DNA from: a virus
Taxonomy: Duplodnaviria; Caudoviricetes
IMG/VR virus record: IMGVR_UViG_3300025389_000021
Location: 1-64,000 of that record
Length of the DNA stretch: 64,000 nt
Direction: 5' to 3' (one strand)
The notes under the pieces are model-generated. The model saw nothing but the letters and a program-made list of their open reading frames with translations. It made no database searches and was not told the DNA's origin. Positions 16,651-26,166 of the stretch are shown here, in pieces. Position numbers and translations under genes: made by a program. How positions within the stretch are numbered: the stretch's first letter is position 1; each line of letters opens with the position of its first letter.

Positions 16651-17660
16651 CACATATTATTGTTGATACTGCAAATACTTTCTTCCGTGCTCGTCATGTG
16701 GTACAAGGTTCCGCTGACATCAAACTAGGCATGGCTTTTCATATAACACTTAACAGTATCAAAAAGGCTTGGCAAGATTTTGGTGGCAGTCACGTAGTAT
16801 TCTGCCTTGAAGGTCGTAGCTGGCGTAAGGACTATTACAAACCCTACAAGGCCAATAGGCAAGAAACTCGTGCGGCCATGACACAGAAAGAACAAGATGA
16901 AGACAAATTGTTCTGGGAAGCATTTGATCAATTCAAAGATTTCATTATTGAAAAAACTAACGCCACAGTGATGCAACATCCAAATCTTGAAGCCGATGAT
17001 TTAATTGCAGGTTGGATACAGGCACATCCAGATGCAAAACATGTCATTATTAGTACAGATGGCGATTTTGCACAATTAATTGGTCCTAATGTTAGTCAGT
17101 ACAACGGTGTAGGTGACTTACATATTACACACGAAGGAATCTTTGATGCCAAAGGCAAACCCGTTAAAGACAAAAAGACAGGCGAACCTAAGCCAGCGCA
17201 AGACCCAGAGTGGATGCTATTCGAAAAATGCATGCGTGGTGATACCAGTGATAATGTCTTCTCAGCGTATCCAGGTGTGCGTACTAAAGGTTCTAAAAAC
17301 AAAGTTGGTTTGCTTGAAGCGTTCGAAGATCGTAAAAGCCGCGGATATGCGTGGAACAATCTCATGTTACAGAGGTGGGTTGACCACAATGGCGAAGAAC
17401 ACAGAGTCCTAGAAGATTATCAACGCAATGTACAACTGTGCGATCTAACAGCACAACCGGCGGATATTAAAGAAAAAATTAAAGAAACAATATTGGCTAA
17501 TGCTCGTCCAAAAGACATTACACAAGTTGGTATCCGTATGCTTAAATTCTGTAACGCATGGGATATGAAAAAGATTGCTGATAATATTCAGACATACGCA
17601 GAACCGTTTCAAGCCAAATATCAAGGAGAATTACATGGCATCACTGAGCAAATTAGTTAA
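16647..17660 (+). CDS. rnh: T4-type RNase H / 5'-3' exonuclease (FEN-like)
   Basis: IVDTAN, SWRK.YY.PYKANR, EADD, ISTDGDF.QL and GDTSDNV..PG. Confidence 0.9.
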   Translation: MTHIIVDTANTFFRARHVVQGSADIKLGMAFHITLNSIKKAWQDFGGSHVVFCLEGRSWRKDYYKPYKANRQETRAAMTQKEQDEDKLFWEAFDQFKDFIIEKTNATVMQHPNLEADDLIAGWIQAHPDAKHVIISTDGDFAQLIGPNVSQYNGVGDLHITHEGIFDAKGKPVKDKKTGEPKPAQDPEWMLFEKCMRGDTSDNVFSAYPGVRTKGSKNKVGLLEAFEDRKSRGYAWNNLMLQRWVDHNGEEHRVLEDYQRNVQLCDLTAQPADIKEKIKETILANARPKDITQVGIRMLKFCNAWDMKKIADNIQTYAEPFQAKYQGELHGITEQIS

Positions 17661-17826
17661 AGTAAATGAAAATATTAGTATCAATCGTTACGACAACGGT
17701 TGGATGGTCGAAATTGGCGGCCGCAACAAGAAAGAAGATTGGGCCAACACAAAAACTCTTTGTAATTCTGAACAAGAAGTTCTCGATTTAATCAAAGAGT
17801 GGAACACATTACCACTCGATAATTGA
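17635..17826 (+). CDS. Hypothetical protein
   Basis: AAGGAG SD before the ATG at 17635. Confidence 0.65.
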   Translation: MASLSKLVKVNENISINRYDNGWMVEIGGRNKKEDWANTKTLCNSEQEVLDLIKEWNTLPLDN

Positions 17827-17869
17827 GATAAATACATACATTATTCCAACGCCTTCGGGGTAGAATAAT
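17827..17869 (+). promoter_or_regulatory. T4-late-like motif GATAAATA followed by an imperfect UUCG hairpin
   Basis: GATAAATA at 17827-17834, then ATTATTC...CC-TTCG-GG...GAATAAT at 17840-17869. Confidence 0.4.
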
Positions 17870-17884
17870 ATTAAGGAGAAAAAT

Positions 17885-18364
17885 ATGACTGAAATACACG
17901 CCAAGCCTATTGTGGATGGTAAGTTTTGGATCGTAGAGCAGAATGGCACTAAGGTCGCAACACTACACAAAAAAGAAAACAACAAGTTTGTACTATCCAG
18001 TACCAACGGTGAAGTAATGTTTAATAAGAAACAGGACCTCACAAAACAATTTGGAGCAGGTTTCTTCCTAACCAGTACCAAGGTTAAAGTTACAACTGCC
18101 GAACCTAACGAATGTCACGGATACCCCACTAGTGTAAAACCTTACAATAGTATGTATGATGTAAGACGCAAATTACCGTTATTCACTAAAAGTAATGCCA
18201 GCAAGAGTTTATACTGTGCAGGCTACTATACTATCAAGTTTAACAAAGGATGGGTTAAATCATTCTGTCCTAAAGTTATTACATTAGAACGCAATCCATA
18301 CAAAGGTCCTTTCAAAACAGAATTTGAAATGAAACAGGTCTTATCTAATGCAAAATCAGATTAA
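17885..18364 (+). CDS. Hypothetical protein
   Basis: 159 aa with an AAGGAG SD. Confidence 0.7.
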   Translation: MTEIHAKPIVDGKFWIVEQNGTKVATLHKKENNKFVLSSTNGEVMFNKKQDLTKQFGAGFFLTSTKVKVTTAEPNECHGYPTSVKPYNSMYDVRRKLPLFTKSNASKSLYCAGYYTIKFNKGWVKSFCPKVITLERNPYKGPFKTEFEMKQVLSNAKSD

Positions 18365-18599
18365 TACAACTCCTATAACCCAATTTGGACAAGCCTTAAG
18401 AGCCGCAGAATTGGGTAACCAACGAGAAGTTAAACTGACTATTCAACAGGCTAGGTTACTTAATCTAGCCTTGTTGGAAATACAAGATAAACTGTTACAA
18501 GACTATACTAGTTTGTTTAATGAGCTTAAAAAACATACCGCAGAAGGCCCTGAAGTAGTACAGGTGCTATTAGACGGTGGTGGGTTTGATAACAAATAG
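18348..18599 (+). CDS. Hypothetical protein
   Basis: 83 aa, ending LDGGGF. Confidence 0.6.
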   Translation: MQNQINTTPITQFGQALRAAELGNQREVKLTIQQARLLNLALLEIQDKLLQDYTSLFNELKKHTAEGPEVVQVLLDGGGFDNK

Positions 18600-18600
18600 A

Positions 18601-18634
18601 CATAAATATATGCGTACATATTTGGATACGCATA
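18601..18634 (+). promoter_or_regulatory. Late-promoter-like CATAAATA plus a hairpin over the ribosome-binding region
   Basis: CATAAATA at 18601-08. TATGCGTA (18609-16) pairs perfectly with TACGCATA (18627-34), ending one base before the ATG. Confidence 0.5.
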
Positions 18635-18919
18635 ATGTCAAGACCTAAACCAAAAGTTTTATTAGAACATACAAACAAGAAAACCTGGAAATCTGAGCAG
18701 ATTTTAGAAGCGGATGCCATTTGGGCAGTATTCTATAAAAACGCACCGTTTAATCTAAAATCATTTAATAGCCTTACCTCCTATCCTGGACCCAAATATA
18801 AAAAAGTTTCTTTTTCAAATCCTGGCCACGCACATAATTTGGCAAAGAAATTGAATCAAACATTTGGTGTAGATGATTTTCAAGTTGTCATGCTAACACA
18901 AGGCACCATAATAAAATGA
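18635..18919 (+). CDS. Basic hypothetical protein
   Basis: 94 aa, MSRPKP...GPKYKKVSFSNPGHA. Confidence 0.7.
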   Translation: MSRPKPKVLLEHTNKKTWKSEQILEADAIWAVFYKNAPFNLKSFNSLTSYPGPKYKKVSFSNPGHAHNLAKKLNQTFGVDDFQVVMLTQGTIIK

Positions 18920-19317
18920 TAACACGCGACACTCTTACTAAGATTTTTTTAGAGCAGTGGGGTAAGAGTACAGACGACATCAATGTTAAGATGTTTGGGC
19001 GCAAGTGGTGGCAAAGTACTCGTGCAGGTAAACAAACCAATTTTCGTTTGAGTGACGAAGGTTATGTGTTTTTGGTTAAAGATTTGGAACTGAAAGAATA
19101 CGAAATTCCATTTACCGAACCAATCGAACTAAGTCCTCAAACTATTATATTTTTGGAAAGGTATGTGGACTGCCCCTACTACCTAACCAACATGTCTATC
19201 ACAGTATTCTCAGAAAAGAAAAGTTTTGAACTCATGTTGTTTTCAGACGATATACGAAAATTTGGTTTGATTAAAGCTATGAACGAAAGAGAAAAAGAAT
19301 TAGCCAAAATTCTATAA
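18916..19317 (+). CDS. Hypothetical protein
   Basis: 133 aa. ATGA overlap. Confidence 0.7.
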   Translation: MITRDTLTKIFLEQWGKSTDDINVKMFGRKWWQSTRAGKQTNFRLSDEGYVFLVKDLELKEYEIPFTEPIELSPQTIIFLERYVDCPYYLTNMSITVFSEKKSFELMLFSDDIRKFGLIKAMNEREKELAKIL

Positions 19318-19333
19318 AAAGATAAAAAAACAG

Positions 19334-19374
19334 TTGACTCTTATCCTAAGTGACACTATAATATATACATACAG
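19334..19374 (+). promoter_or_regulatory. Sigma70-type promoter
   Basis: A-tract, then TTGACT-17 nt-TATAAT. TATAATATATACATACAG is repeated at 20558. Confidence 0.7.
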
Positions 19375-19417
19375 CGTTACTTCAACCCGTATTTTTTAAC
19401 TTAAGATAGGAAGCAAA

Positions 19418-20518
19418 ATGGCAGAAATTTCCAGTCGCACAGTTGGCCCAAGCGGTGCCAAAAAATCTTTGCGCAAAGCATTCAAAAACAAACGTCCAAT
19501 CTTCCTATGGGGTCCTCCAGGAATTGGTAAGTCCGATATTATTAAACAACTTGGTGACGAGTTGGACGCTCACGTAATTGATGTACGTTTGAGCCTTTGG
19601 GAACCTACCGATATTAAAGGTATTCCATATTTTGACAGCAACGATGGCACTATGCGTTGGGCTCCTCCAGCAGAATTGCCAAGTGCTGAAATGGCAAAAC
19701 AACACAAAACTATCATTTTGTTCTTAGACGAAATGAATAGTGCGGCTCCTAGTGTGCAAGCCGCGGCATATCAATTAGTACTAAATCGTAAGGTTGGTAC
19801 TTATCATTTGCCAGAAAACGTAGTATTAGTTGCCGCTGGTAACCGCGAAACAGACAAGGGTGTTACATTCCGTATGCCTGCTCCGTTGGCTAATCGTTTT
19901 GTTCACTTGGAAATGCAAGTTAACTGGGACGACTACTTTGAGTGGGCTACTGAAAACAAAGTACACAAAGACGTTGTGGGCTTTTTGAGCTTCTCTAAGA
20001 AGGACATTTATGACTTTGATCCAAAGTCTAGCTCACGTGCATTTGCTACTCCACGCTCTTGGTCATTTGTAAGCGAATTGCTTACAGACGACGATGTGGA
20101 TAACGAAACACTTACAGATTTGATTAGCGGTGCTGTTGGCGAAGGGCTTGCTATCAAATTTATGGCACACCGCAAACATGCCAGCAAAATGCCTAATCCT
20201 ACAGATATTTTGAGCGGCAAAGTTAAGAAAATGGACTCCAAAGAGATTTCAGCTATGTACTCTTTAACAGTTTCCTTGTGCTACGAATTGAAAGATGCTT
20301 GCGACAAAAAAGCCAAAAATTGGAGTGATCAAACTAATAACTTTTTCGAATTTATGATGAATAACTTTGAAACAGAATTGGTTATTATGGGCACAAAGGT
20401 TGCGTTGAGCACTTACAAACTGCCTTTGGATCCGGACGAAATCAAGTGTTTTGATGAGTTCCATGCTAAGTTTGGCAAATACATCAGTGCCGCTACCGAA
20501 AAAGACAGCCGTAAATAA
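19418..20518 (+). CDS. MoxR/dynein-related AAA+ ATPase
   Basis: Walker A WGPPGIGKS, Walker B FLDEMN, AAGN, PLANRF and TPRSW. Confidence 0.9.
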   Translation: MAEISSRTVGPSGAKKSLRKAFKNKRPIFLWGPPGIGKSDIIKQLGDELDAHVIDVRLSLWEPTDIKGIPYFDSNDGTMRWAPPAELPSAEMAKQHKTIILFLDEMNSAAPSVQAAAYQLVLNRKVGTYHLPENVVLVAAGNRETDKGVTFRMPAPLANRFVHLEMQVNWDDYFEWATENKVHKDVVGFLSFSKKDIYDFDPKSSSRAFATPRSWSFVSELLTDDDVDNETLTDLISGAVGEGLAIKFMAHRKHASKMPNPTDILSGKVKKMDSKEISAMYSLTVSLCYELKDACDKKAKNWSDQTNNFFEFMMNNFETELVIMGTKVALSTYKLPLDPDEIKCFDEFHAKFGKYISAATEKDSRK

Positions 20519-20534
20519 TTCGGTTTAGTAGTAT

Positions 20535-20575
20535 TTGACACCTCCTTCGGGAGGTGTTATAATATATACATACAG
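20535..20575 (+). promoter_or_regulatory. Consensus sigma70 promoter whose spacer is a C(UUCG)G hairpin
   Basis: TTGACA-17 nt-TATAAT. ACACCTCC-TTCG-GGAGGTGT spans 20538-20557. Confidence 0.7.
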
Positions 20576-20588
20576 TAAAGGAGCATTC

Positions 20589-21773
20589 ATGTCACACGCA
20601 GATCCAATTATCGACAAAATTATCGTAGCCCGTGTGGGTCTACTACTCCGTCATCCTTTCTTTGGCAATATGGCAACACGCCTAAAAATTGAAGAAGGCA
20701 GTGAATGGATGGGCACAGCCGCAACAGACGGACGTACAATTTATTTTAATCGTGAATTTTTTGAACCTCTAACAGTTAAACAAGTAGAGTTCGTTATTGC
20801 ACACGAAATTCTGCACAATGTGTTCGATCACATGAGTCGTAGAGAAAGTCGTAACCCACGCATCTTTAACATTGCCGCAGATTACTGTGTAAATGGACAA
20901 TTGGTTCGTGACCGGATTGGCGAACACAATATTGAAGGTATCAAAATTTTCCATGATACCAAATACTACGGTATGGGTGCAGAGGAAGTCTACGACAAGA
21001 TCTTTGACGAAATGGACGAAGACGAACTAAATGCATTGGGTCAATTACTAGACGACCACATTGATTGGGGTGAAAACGGTAAGGATGGTCAGCCAAGATA
21101 CAGCAAGGAAGAGTTGAAACAGATTCGTGACGAGATTCGCGAAGCTACAGTACAGGCCGCACAAGCCGCAGGTGCTGGTAATACTCCTGCTAGTGTACAA
21201 CGCATGATTAAGGAATTAACAGAGCCAAAGATGAATTGGCGCGAAATTCTTCGTCAACAGATCCAAAGCACTATTAAGAACGACTACTCGTTTATGCGTC
21301 CTAACCGTAAAGGCTGGCACATGAACGCTATACTACCTGGAACACAATTTCAAGATACTATTGATATCTGTGTAAGCATTGACATGTCGGGGTCCATTGG
21401 TGACGAGCAGGCCAAAGATTTCTTAAGTGAGATCAAAGGTATTATGCAAGAGTACAGAGACTTTAAGATTAAAGTTTGGTGCTTTGATACCAAAGTCTAT
21501 AATGAACAAGACTATGATGGTTATTGCATGGACGATTTTGATAACTATGAACCAATGGGCGGTGGCGGAACTGAATTTGATGCCAACTGGGAATACATGA
21601 AAGAAAATGATATTCAGCCTAAGAAGTTTATCATGTTTACAGATGGTTATCCTTGGGGTAGCTGGGGTGATGAAAATTACTGCGACACAGTATTCATTAT
21701 CCATGGCAACGATAAGATTGTTCCACCATTTGGGGAATATGCTTATTACGAGCAAGTAAAAGAAACGGCGTAA
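20589..21773 (+). CDS. HExxH metallopeptidase-like plus VWA domain protein (DUF2201-like)
   Basis: TAATDG, AHEILH, NIAAD..VN and MIDAS DMSGS...GGGGTEF...FTDGY. AAGGAG SD before the ATG at 20589. Confidence 0.88.
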   Translation: MSHADPIIDKIIVARVGLLLRHPFFGNMATRLKIEEGSEWMGTAATDGRTIYFNREFFEPLTVKQVEFVIAHEILHNVFDHMSRRESRNPRIFNIAADYCVNGQLVRDRIGEHNIEGIKIFHDTKYYGMGAEEVYDKIFDEMDEDELNALGQLLDDHIDWGENGKDGQPRYSKEELKQIRDEIREATVQAAQAAGAGNTPASVQRMIKELTEPKMNWREILRQQIQSTIKNDYSFMRPNRKGWHMNAILPGTQFQDTIDICVSIDMSGSIGDEQAKDFLSEIKGIMQEYRDFKIKVWCFDTKVYNEQDYDGYCMDDFDNYEPMGGGGTEFDANWEYMKENDIQPKKFIMFTDGYPWGSWGDENYCDTVFIIHGNDKIVPPFGEYAYYEQVKETA

Positions 21774-21774
21774 T

Positions 21775-22062
21775 ATGGCAATAAAAAATGGCAAGCCCAA
21801 CCCCTTAAACTATTTTGGTTTAAGAAGGGTTGAGGTTGCCTGTCCTCATTTTAAGTATACTAGTATGGACCGTTATAATCCAACTCTAGTCAAATCTATC
21901 GACTCCTGGATACGTAAGAATCTAAATAATAGGTACTATGTTGGACAAGACGTTATGCTTGATCATACCAATACTATAATCTACGGAATACGTATTGGTT
22001 TTGAAAGTGAAAAGGAATTAAGTTTTTTCACGATTGCCTGTCCACATTTACAAACGAGATAA
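21775..22062 (+). CDS. Hypothetical protein
   Basis: 95 aa, ending IGFESEKELSFFTIACP. Confidence 0.65.
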   Translation: MAIKNGKPNPLNYFGLRRVEVACPHFKYTSMDRYNPTLVKSIDSWIRKNLNNRYYVGQDVMLDHTNTIIYGIRIGFESEKELSFFTIACPHLQTR

Positions 22063-22090
22063 TTAAATACGTACTCAATAAGGAGATATT

Positions 22091-22354
22091 ATGACTGACG
22101 TACAGAATAATACACAAGAAACACCAGCACAATCTAATGATCTTTCAGTTAATGATCTTAACGCAATGAAAGTAATTATTGATATTGCTAGCTCACGTGG
22201 AGCATTTAAGCCTAATGAAATGGTAGCAGTTGGTCAAACTTACACCAAATTAACTGCATTTTTAGACGCAGTAGCCGCTCAACAAAAAGCTAATCCACAA
22301 CCAGAAGCACCAGCACAAGCACAATCAGCAACTTCAATTGCTACCGGAGCTTAA
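22091..22354 (+). CDS. Hypothetical protein
   Basis: IIDIASSRGAFKPNEM..VG..Y.KL motif. AAGGAG SD. Confidence 0.7.
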   Translation: MTDVQNNTQETPAQSNDLSVNDLNAMKVIIDIASSRGAFKPNEMVAVGQTYTKLTAFLDAVAAQQKANPQPEAPAQAQSATSIATGA

Positions 22355-22355
22355 T

Positions 22356-22958
22356 ATGGCCGAAATCAAACACGTAGGTCGTATTAAAGCAACCAATAAA
22401 AAAGTATTGATTGCTTATCGCACCTTACCTGGTGATGCATATTCAGCACTAGTTATCCCAACTGAAAATATGCCAGACATCTATCACGATGCTGTTATCA
22501 ATTTGGTTGAAAGTGCGGCTGCTCAAGAATCATACGAATTTGCAGAAGCATTGGATCGTACACAATTTCCAGATGGTTCACGTATGTTGCCTTGGTTGCA
22601 TGTTAACAATCGTTTGGTTAAAGTTCCAACTGATGCCGTAGAAGTAACACCAACTCCAGGTGTAGGCATTTTGTTAAGCGAATTGAATCAAATTATTGCT
22701 GAACAGCGTGGCGTAGCAGTAGATGATTTGGCATTGAACGAAGGTATCAATGATAAAACAGAAACTAAAACAGAAGATGTAAAAGCAACTGCCACTGTAG
22801 TTGAAGCAACTGTAGAAAAGACTACTATTGCCGACGACAGCACACCAGAAGCTAAAGCAAAGTTTTATCGTAGCCAAGCTGATAAGCTAGCCAAAGAAGC
22901 CGCTAATTTCCGCCGTATGGCAGAAGAACTAGTTCCTAGCAAGAAAAAAATACAATGA
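22356..22958 (+). CDS. Hypothetical protein
   Basis: Probable start MAEIKHVGR. C-terminal coiled coil. Confidence 0.7.
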   Translation: MAEIKHVGRIKATNKKVLIAYRTLPGDAYSALVIPTENMPDIYHDAVINLVESAAAQESYEFAEALDRTQFPDGSRMLPWLHVNNRLVKVPTDAVEVTPTPGVGILLSELNQIIAEQRGVAVDDLALNEGINDKTETKTEDVKATATVVEATVEKTTIADDSTPEAKAKFYRSQADKLAKEAANFRRMAEELVPSKKKIQ

Positions 22959-23275
22959 CACGATCTGGGAAGATTCTTCCCAGTGACGTCATAAAACATT
23001 GGCCAGAAGTATTTGCAGACGTTGAACTCAACGTGTTACCTATCAGGTATTTGAATACAGTTTTGGTAAATTTTAAGGATGGAAAAGTCTGGGAAATAAA
23101 AATAACAACAAAGACTCGAAGAGACGGATGGGATGCCTTTCAAAAAAGTTTACACGAGTTGTGTAAATCCTACGAGGATACTATCGAAAATGTTGATTTT
23201 AAGTTAGACACAGAGCGTGTACGCAAAGACATAGAACGTAGTACTCAAAAATTCCTTAAGAAAAAGAAGTTATAA
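22955..23275 (+). CDS. Hypothetical protein
   Basis: 106 aa. ATGA overlap. Confidence 0.65.
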   Translation: MTRSGKILPSDVIKHWPEVFADVELNVLPIRYLNTVLVNFKDGKVWEIKITTKTRRDGWDAFQKSLHELCKSYEDTIENVDFKLDTERVRKDIERSTQKFLKKKKL

Positions 23276-23278
23276 ATA

Positions 23279-23959
23279 ATGCATGTTAGATTACTCAGTT
23301 ACAGTCAACCCACACAGGAATATGCAGATCTTGGCATCACAGATGCACAAGAACTCATTGCGTATTGCGCCCGTGTGTCCAATCCAAGCAACCAACTTAA
23401 CACCGAAACATCAGAAAAACTCATCCAATACTTGGTCAAGCACCAACACTGGAGCCCGCTTGAAATGGTCTCAGCCTGTATCGAAATCACCACTACCAGA
23501 GACATTGCAAGACAAATACTTAGACATCGTAGCTTCAGCTTCCAGGAGTTCAGCCAACGATATGCTGACCCTACTAAAGACTTGTCGTTTGTACTTAGAG
23601 AAGCACGAAGACAAGACACAAAAAATAGACAAAACAGTATAGAACTAGACGTTCATAACAACGACGAAGATCGTTTTCTTGCCTATCAATGGGAACGTAT
23701 GCAAGAGCTAGTTATTAAACAAGCACGTGATGCATATGAATGGGCTATTATAAAAGGTATTGCCAAAGAACAAGCTCGTGCTGTTCTGCCGGAAGGTCTT
23801 ATTGAAAGTCGTTTATATATGAATGGCACACTACGTAGCTGGATTCACTTTATAGAGTTGCGTAGTGCTAATGGCACACAAAAAGAACATCAAGAAGTTG
23901 CTATAGCTTGTGCCAAAGTTATTGCAGAAATATTTCCTACAAATCTAAAAATTAATTAA
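23279..23959 (+). CDS. thyX: FAD-dependent thymidylate synthase
   Basis: ThyX motif RHRSFSFQEFSQRY, plus HWSPLE, AKEQARAVLP and LRS..GTQKEH. Confidence 0.96.
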   Translation: MHVRLLSYSQPTQEYADLGITDAQELIAYCARVSNPSNQLNTETSEKLIQYLVKHQHWSPLEMVSACIEITTTRDIARQILRHRSFSFQEFSQRYADPTKDLSFVLREARRQDTKNRQNSIELDVHNNDEDRFLAYQWERMQELVIKQARDAYEWAIIKGIAKEQARAVLPEGLIESRLYMNGTLRSWIHFIELRSANGTQKEHQEVAIACAKVIAEIFPTNLKIN

Positions 23960-24672
23960 CCCCTAAATAATTGAGGCGGCAAAGTTTCAATATGATAACG
24001 AAACTCATTTTCAAGCCACGCATAATCATTAATTTTAGATAACATTTCAGGGTCATTTTTATAAGTAGTTCCAAACCATTCGCCTGCGCTTGCTCCGCCC
24101 CTAGCATATTCTGCAAATGGTTTGTTACTTAAATTAAATTTCCATTTTGTTAATCTATCGGACGTTTCTTGATCAAACTGTCCATCAATCACTCTACTAG
24201 ATAATTTTGCACATTCTCTAAATGCACTACGCCATGTACTAAATTCATCTGTATTGAAATTAGTTATATTAGATACCTCTGGCATAACTTTGAATCTTTT
24301 AGAAATACTAGTAGTCATATCTGGTTTACTTAAATCCATATTGAGAGTAAGTTCTGTAGGTAATAATTTTATTCCACCATAACCATATTCTAAATCATTA
24401 ACTGGATTGCGACTTCTCCATACATGTACAATATCTTCTTCGCTTGGATCTAATTTTAAGTTAAATCTAAAAGTAGGTAAAATAACAGCATCGGCATCTA
24501 CTACATAAAACATTTTTGTAGAAACTAATTTGGCTGCTTCTTTATGTGCATTATGAATCCCTTCTACTCCATGTACTCGAAAAATTTTGTTTCGTAAATT
24601 TGAAGATACCAGTCTAACAAATCCAAAATTTGCAGAAGGTTCATTATAGGAAATAAAAACAATATCGTACAT
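23956..24672 (-). CDS. GT-A-like glycosyltransferase
   Basis: DIVFISYNEP, RVHGVEGI..AH, DxD (VVDADA), YGYGG and WRSAFRE. Confidence 0.6.
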   Translation of the reverse strand: MYDIVFISYNEPSANFGFVRLVSSNLRNKIFRVHGVEGIHNAHKEAAKLVSTKMFYVVDADAVILPTFRFNLKLDPSEEDIVHVWRSRNPVNDLEYGYGGIKLLPTELTLNMDLSKPDMTTSISKRFKVMPEVSNITNFNTDEFSTWRSAFRECAKLSSRVIDGQFDQETSDRLTKWKFNLSNKPFAEYARGGASAGEWFGTTYKNDPEMLSKINDYAWLENEFRYHIETLPPQLFRG

Positions 24673-25568
24673 TATCGTTTCCTAATAATTCTAGGACTAT
24701 TATTAAAAACAGTTTTGAAAAACTTGCTAGAATTTTCGCAGGGTTCAAATAATTCTAACCCACACTGGTCTCTTAATGTATATCCTAGTCCAGAAATTTC
24801 ATGTGGTAGCATTTTATCAGTGACTTTGCTATATTTGGTTTCCCATTGTTCAGTGAGCCATTCAAAATCTCTTACATTGGCATAATCCCAATCTGTGCAA
24901 TTAGTTAGATATGCACCTTCTCTTGCTCCATACATACTCCATAATCCGTTAGGAACATCTGCACCTATATTACACCATACAAGAAGTCTATGATAATTTT
25001 GCCACCATACTTTCTTAATATCTTTTGCTTTGGCGCCTTGATCCAGTGACATCTTTACACCTTCGCGGAAGCCTGCTCTCCATGCTTGAAATGGACTGGC
25101 ATTGGTGTAGCTCTCACTGTAGTTTTCATTAAACTGATAATACTTGTCGTCAAAACAAAATTCAACTAGTCCTTTGGTATCAGTAGGATCACTATTTTCA
25201 TGTGTACGCATATTGTTTACAAACTTGCGTGTCCACATTTTAAGTCCACCATTGCCATACATAAGTCCATTTACGTGTACTCGACCACACCAGCTAAAAA
25301 CATGATCAGGTGTTAATCCTAATTCTTCTATGTCAACTTCTACTTCTAAAAATTTTGGATCTACAATATTGTCTGCATCTACAGTTACAAAATATTCACT
25401 TTCACTTAATGCGGCACAGGCTTTATGTGCGGCATCACTGCCTTTAACTCCGTGAACACGTTTAGCCCAGGGCACTTTGTTGCACAGGTCTGCATAGTTC
25501 TTCTCAGCATTAGGCTCATCGTAGCTGAGAAATATAATATCCTGTTCTATAATTTTAATCTTGTTCAT
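24672..25568 (-). CDS. GT-A-like glycosyltransferase, paralogue of 23956..24672
   Basis: DIIFLSYDEP, RVHGVKG..AAH, VTVDADN, YGNGG and WRAGFREG. Confidence 0.6.
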   Translation of the reverse strand: MNKIKIIEQDIIFLSYDEPNAEKNYADLCNKVPWAKRVHGVKGSDAAHKACAALSESEYFVTVDADNIVDPKFLEVEVDIEELGLTPDHVFSWCGRVHVNGLMYGNGGLKMWTRKFVNNMRTHENSDPTDTKGLVEFCFDDKYYQFNENYSESYTNASPFQAWRAGFREGVKMSLDQGAKAKDIKKVWWQNYHRLLVWCNIGADVPNGLWSMYGAREGAYLTNCTDWDYANVRDFEWLTEQWETKYSKVTDKMLPHEISGLGYTLRDQCGLELFEPCENSSKFFKTVFNNSPRIIRKR

Positions 25569-26166
25569 CTATTTTCCATACATTTAATGAATACGATAGT
25601 TCTGCTAAATTTGATGTAATCGAAATAGCTTCAATAGTTCGTTCCCAGGTTGTATTAAATTTAACAACAACTGCTGTTTTTATCAAATCTTTGAGTCCAA
25701 TTTTAATTGTTCTTATTAAAAAATTAGGATCATTTCCAATAATTACAAAAAACAATATTTCTGTAACTGGAATTTCGTTATTAAGATATCTATTTCTAAA
25801 TGCCATAGAAGAATTAAACAACCAATGTTTATTGTTTTCGTCCCACACTATAGATATATCATTATCTATATCATAATCTTCTATCCAAGATAATAATTTA
25901 TTCTTAAAAGAGTGTTGCAAAGACAATCTGTGAGATACAAGACCCAATAACGCATTACCCGTTTCATCAATAACAGTGCCTATACGAAAATCTTCAAATT
26001 TATCTTTTCCTAATATAAATCTTTCGTAGGATTCAAAACTAACTTCGATTGTATTTTTGAAATTAGGATCCTTAAAATTAGTAGCCGCTACAATAGTCCT
26101 GTCATCTTGATAAGCAACATAAAACTTAGGAGTTAGATCAATTGCTTTTTTAGTTTTTTTAGCCAT
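25555..26166 (-). CDS. Hypothetical protein within the GT cluster
   Basis: 203 aa, overlapping both neighbours. Confidence 0.65.
   Translation of the reverse strand: MAKKTKKAIDLTPKFYVAYQDDRTIVAATNFKDPNFKNTIEVSFESYERFILGKDKFEDFRIGTVIDETGNALLGLVSHRLSLQHSFKNKLLSWIEDYDIDNDISIVWDENNKHWLFNSSMAFRNRYLNNEIPVTEILFFVIIGNDPNFLIRTIKIGLKDLIKTAVVVKFNTTWERTIEAISITSNLAELSYSLNVWKIDEQD

Noticed and set aside
13442-22062. Possible family of small proteins ending in F.(S/E)(E/K)K(D/E) (13442, 18916, 21775)
   Set aside because: The similarity is too short to support by eye and would need a profile comparison.
23271-23278. Perfect TATAAATA late promoter before thyX
   Set aside because: It abuts the ATG at 23279, so a transcript would start inside the gene. 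It is probably just the upstream stop codon in AT-rich sequence.
460-23642. Many short minus-strand and alternate-frame ORFs in the track (e.g. 14413..14874, 21423..21800, 23283..23642)
   Set aside because: They are shadows of well-supported + strand genes, with no SD or recognisable motifs.
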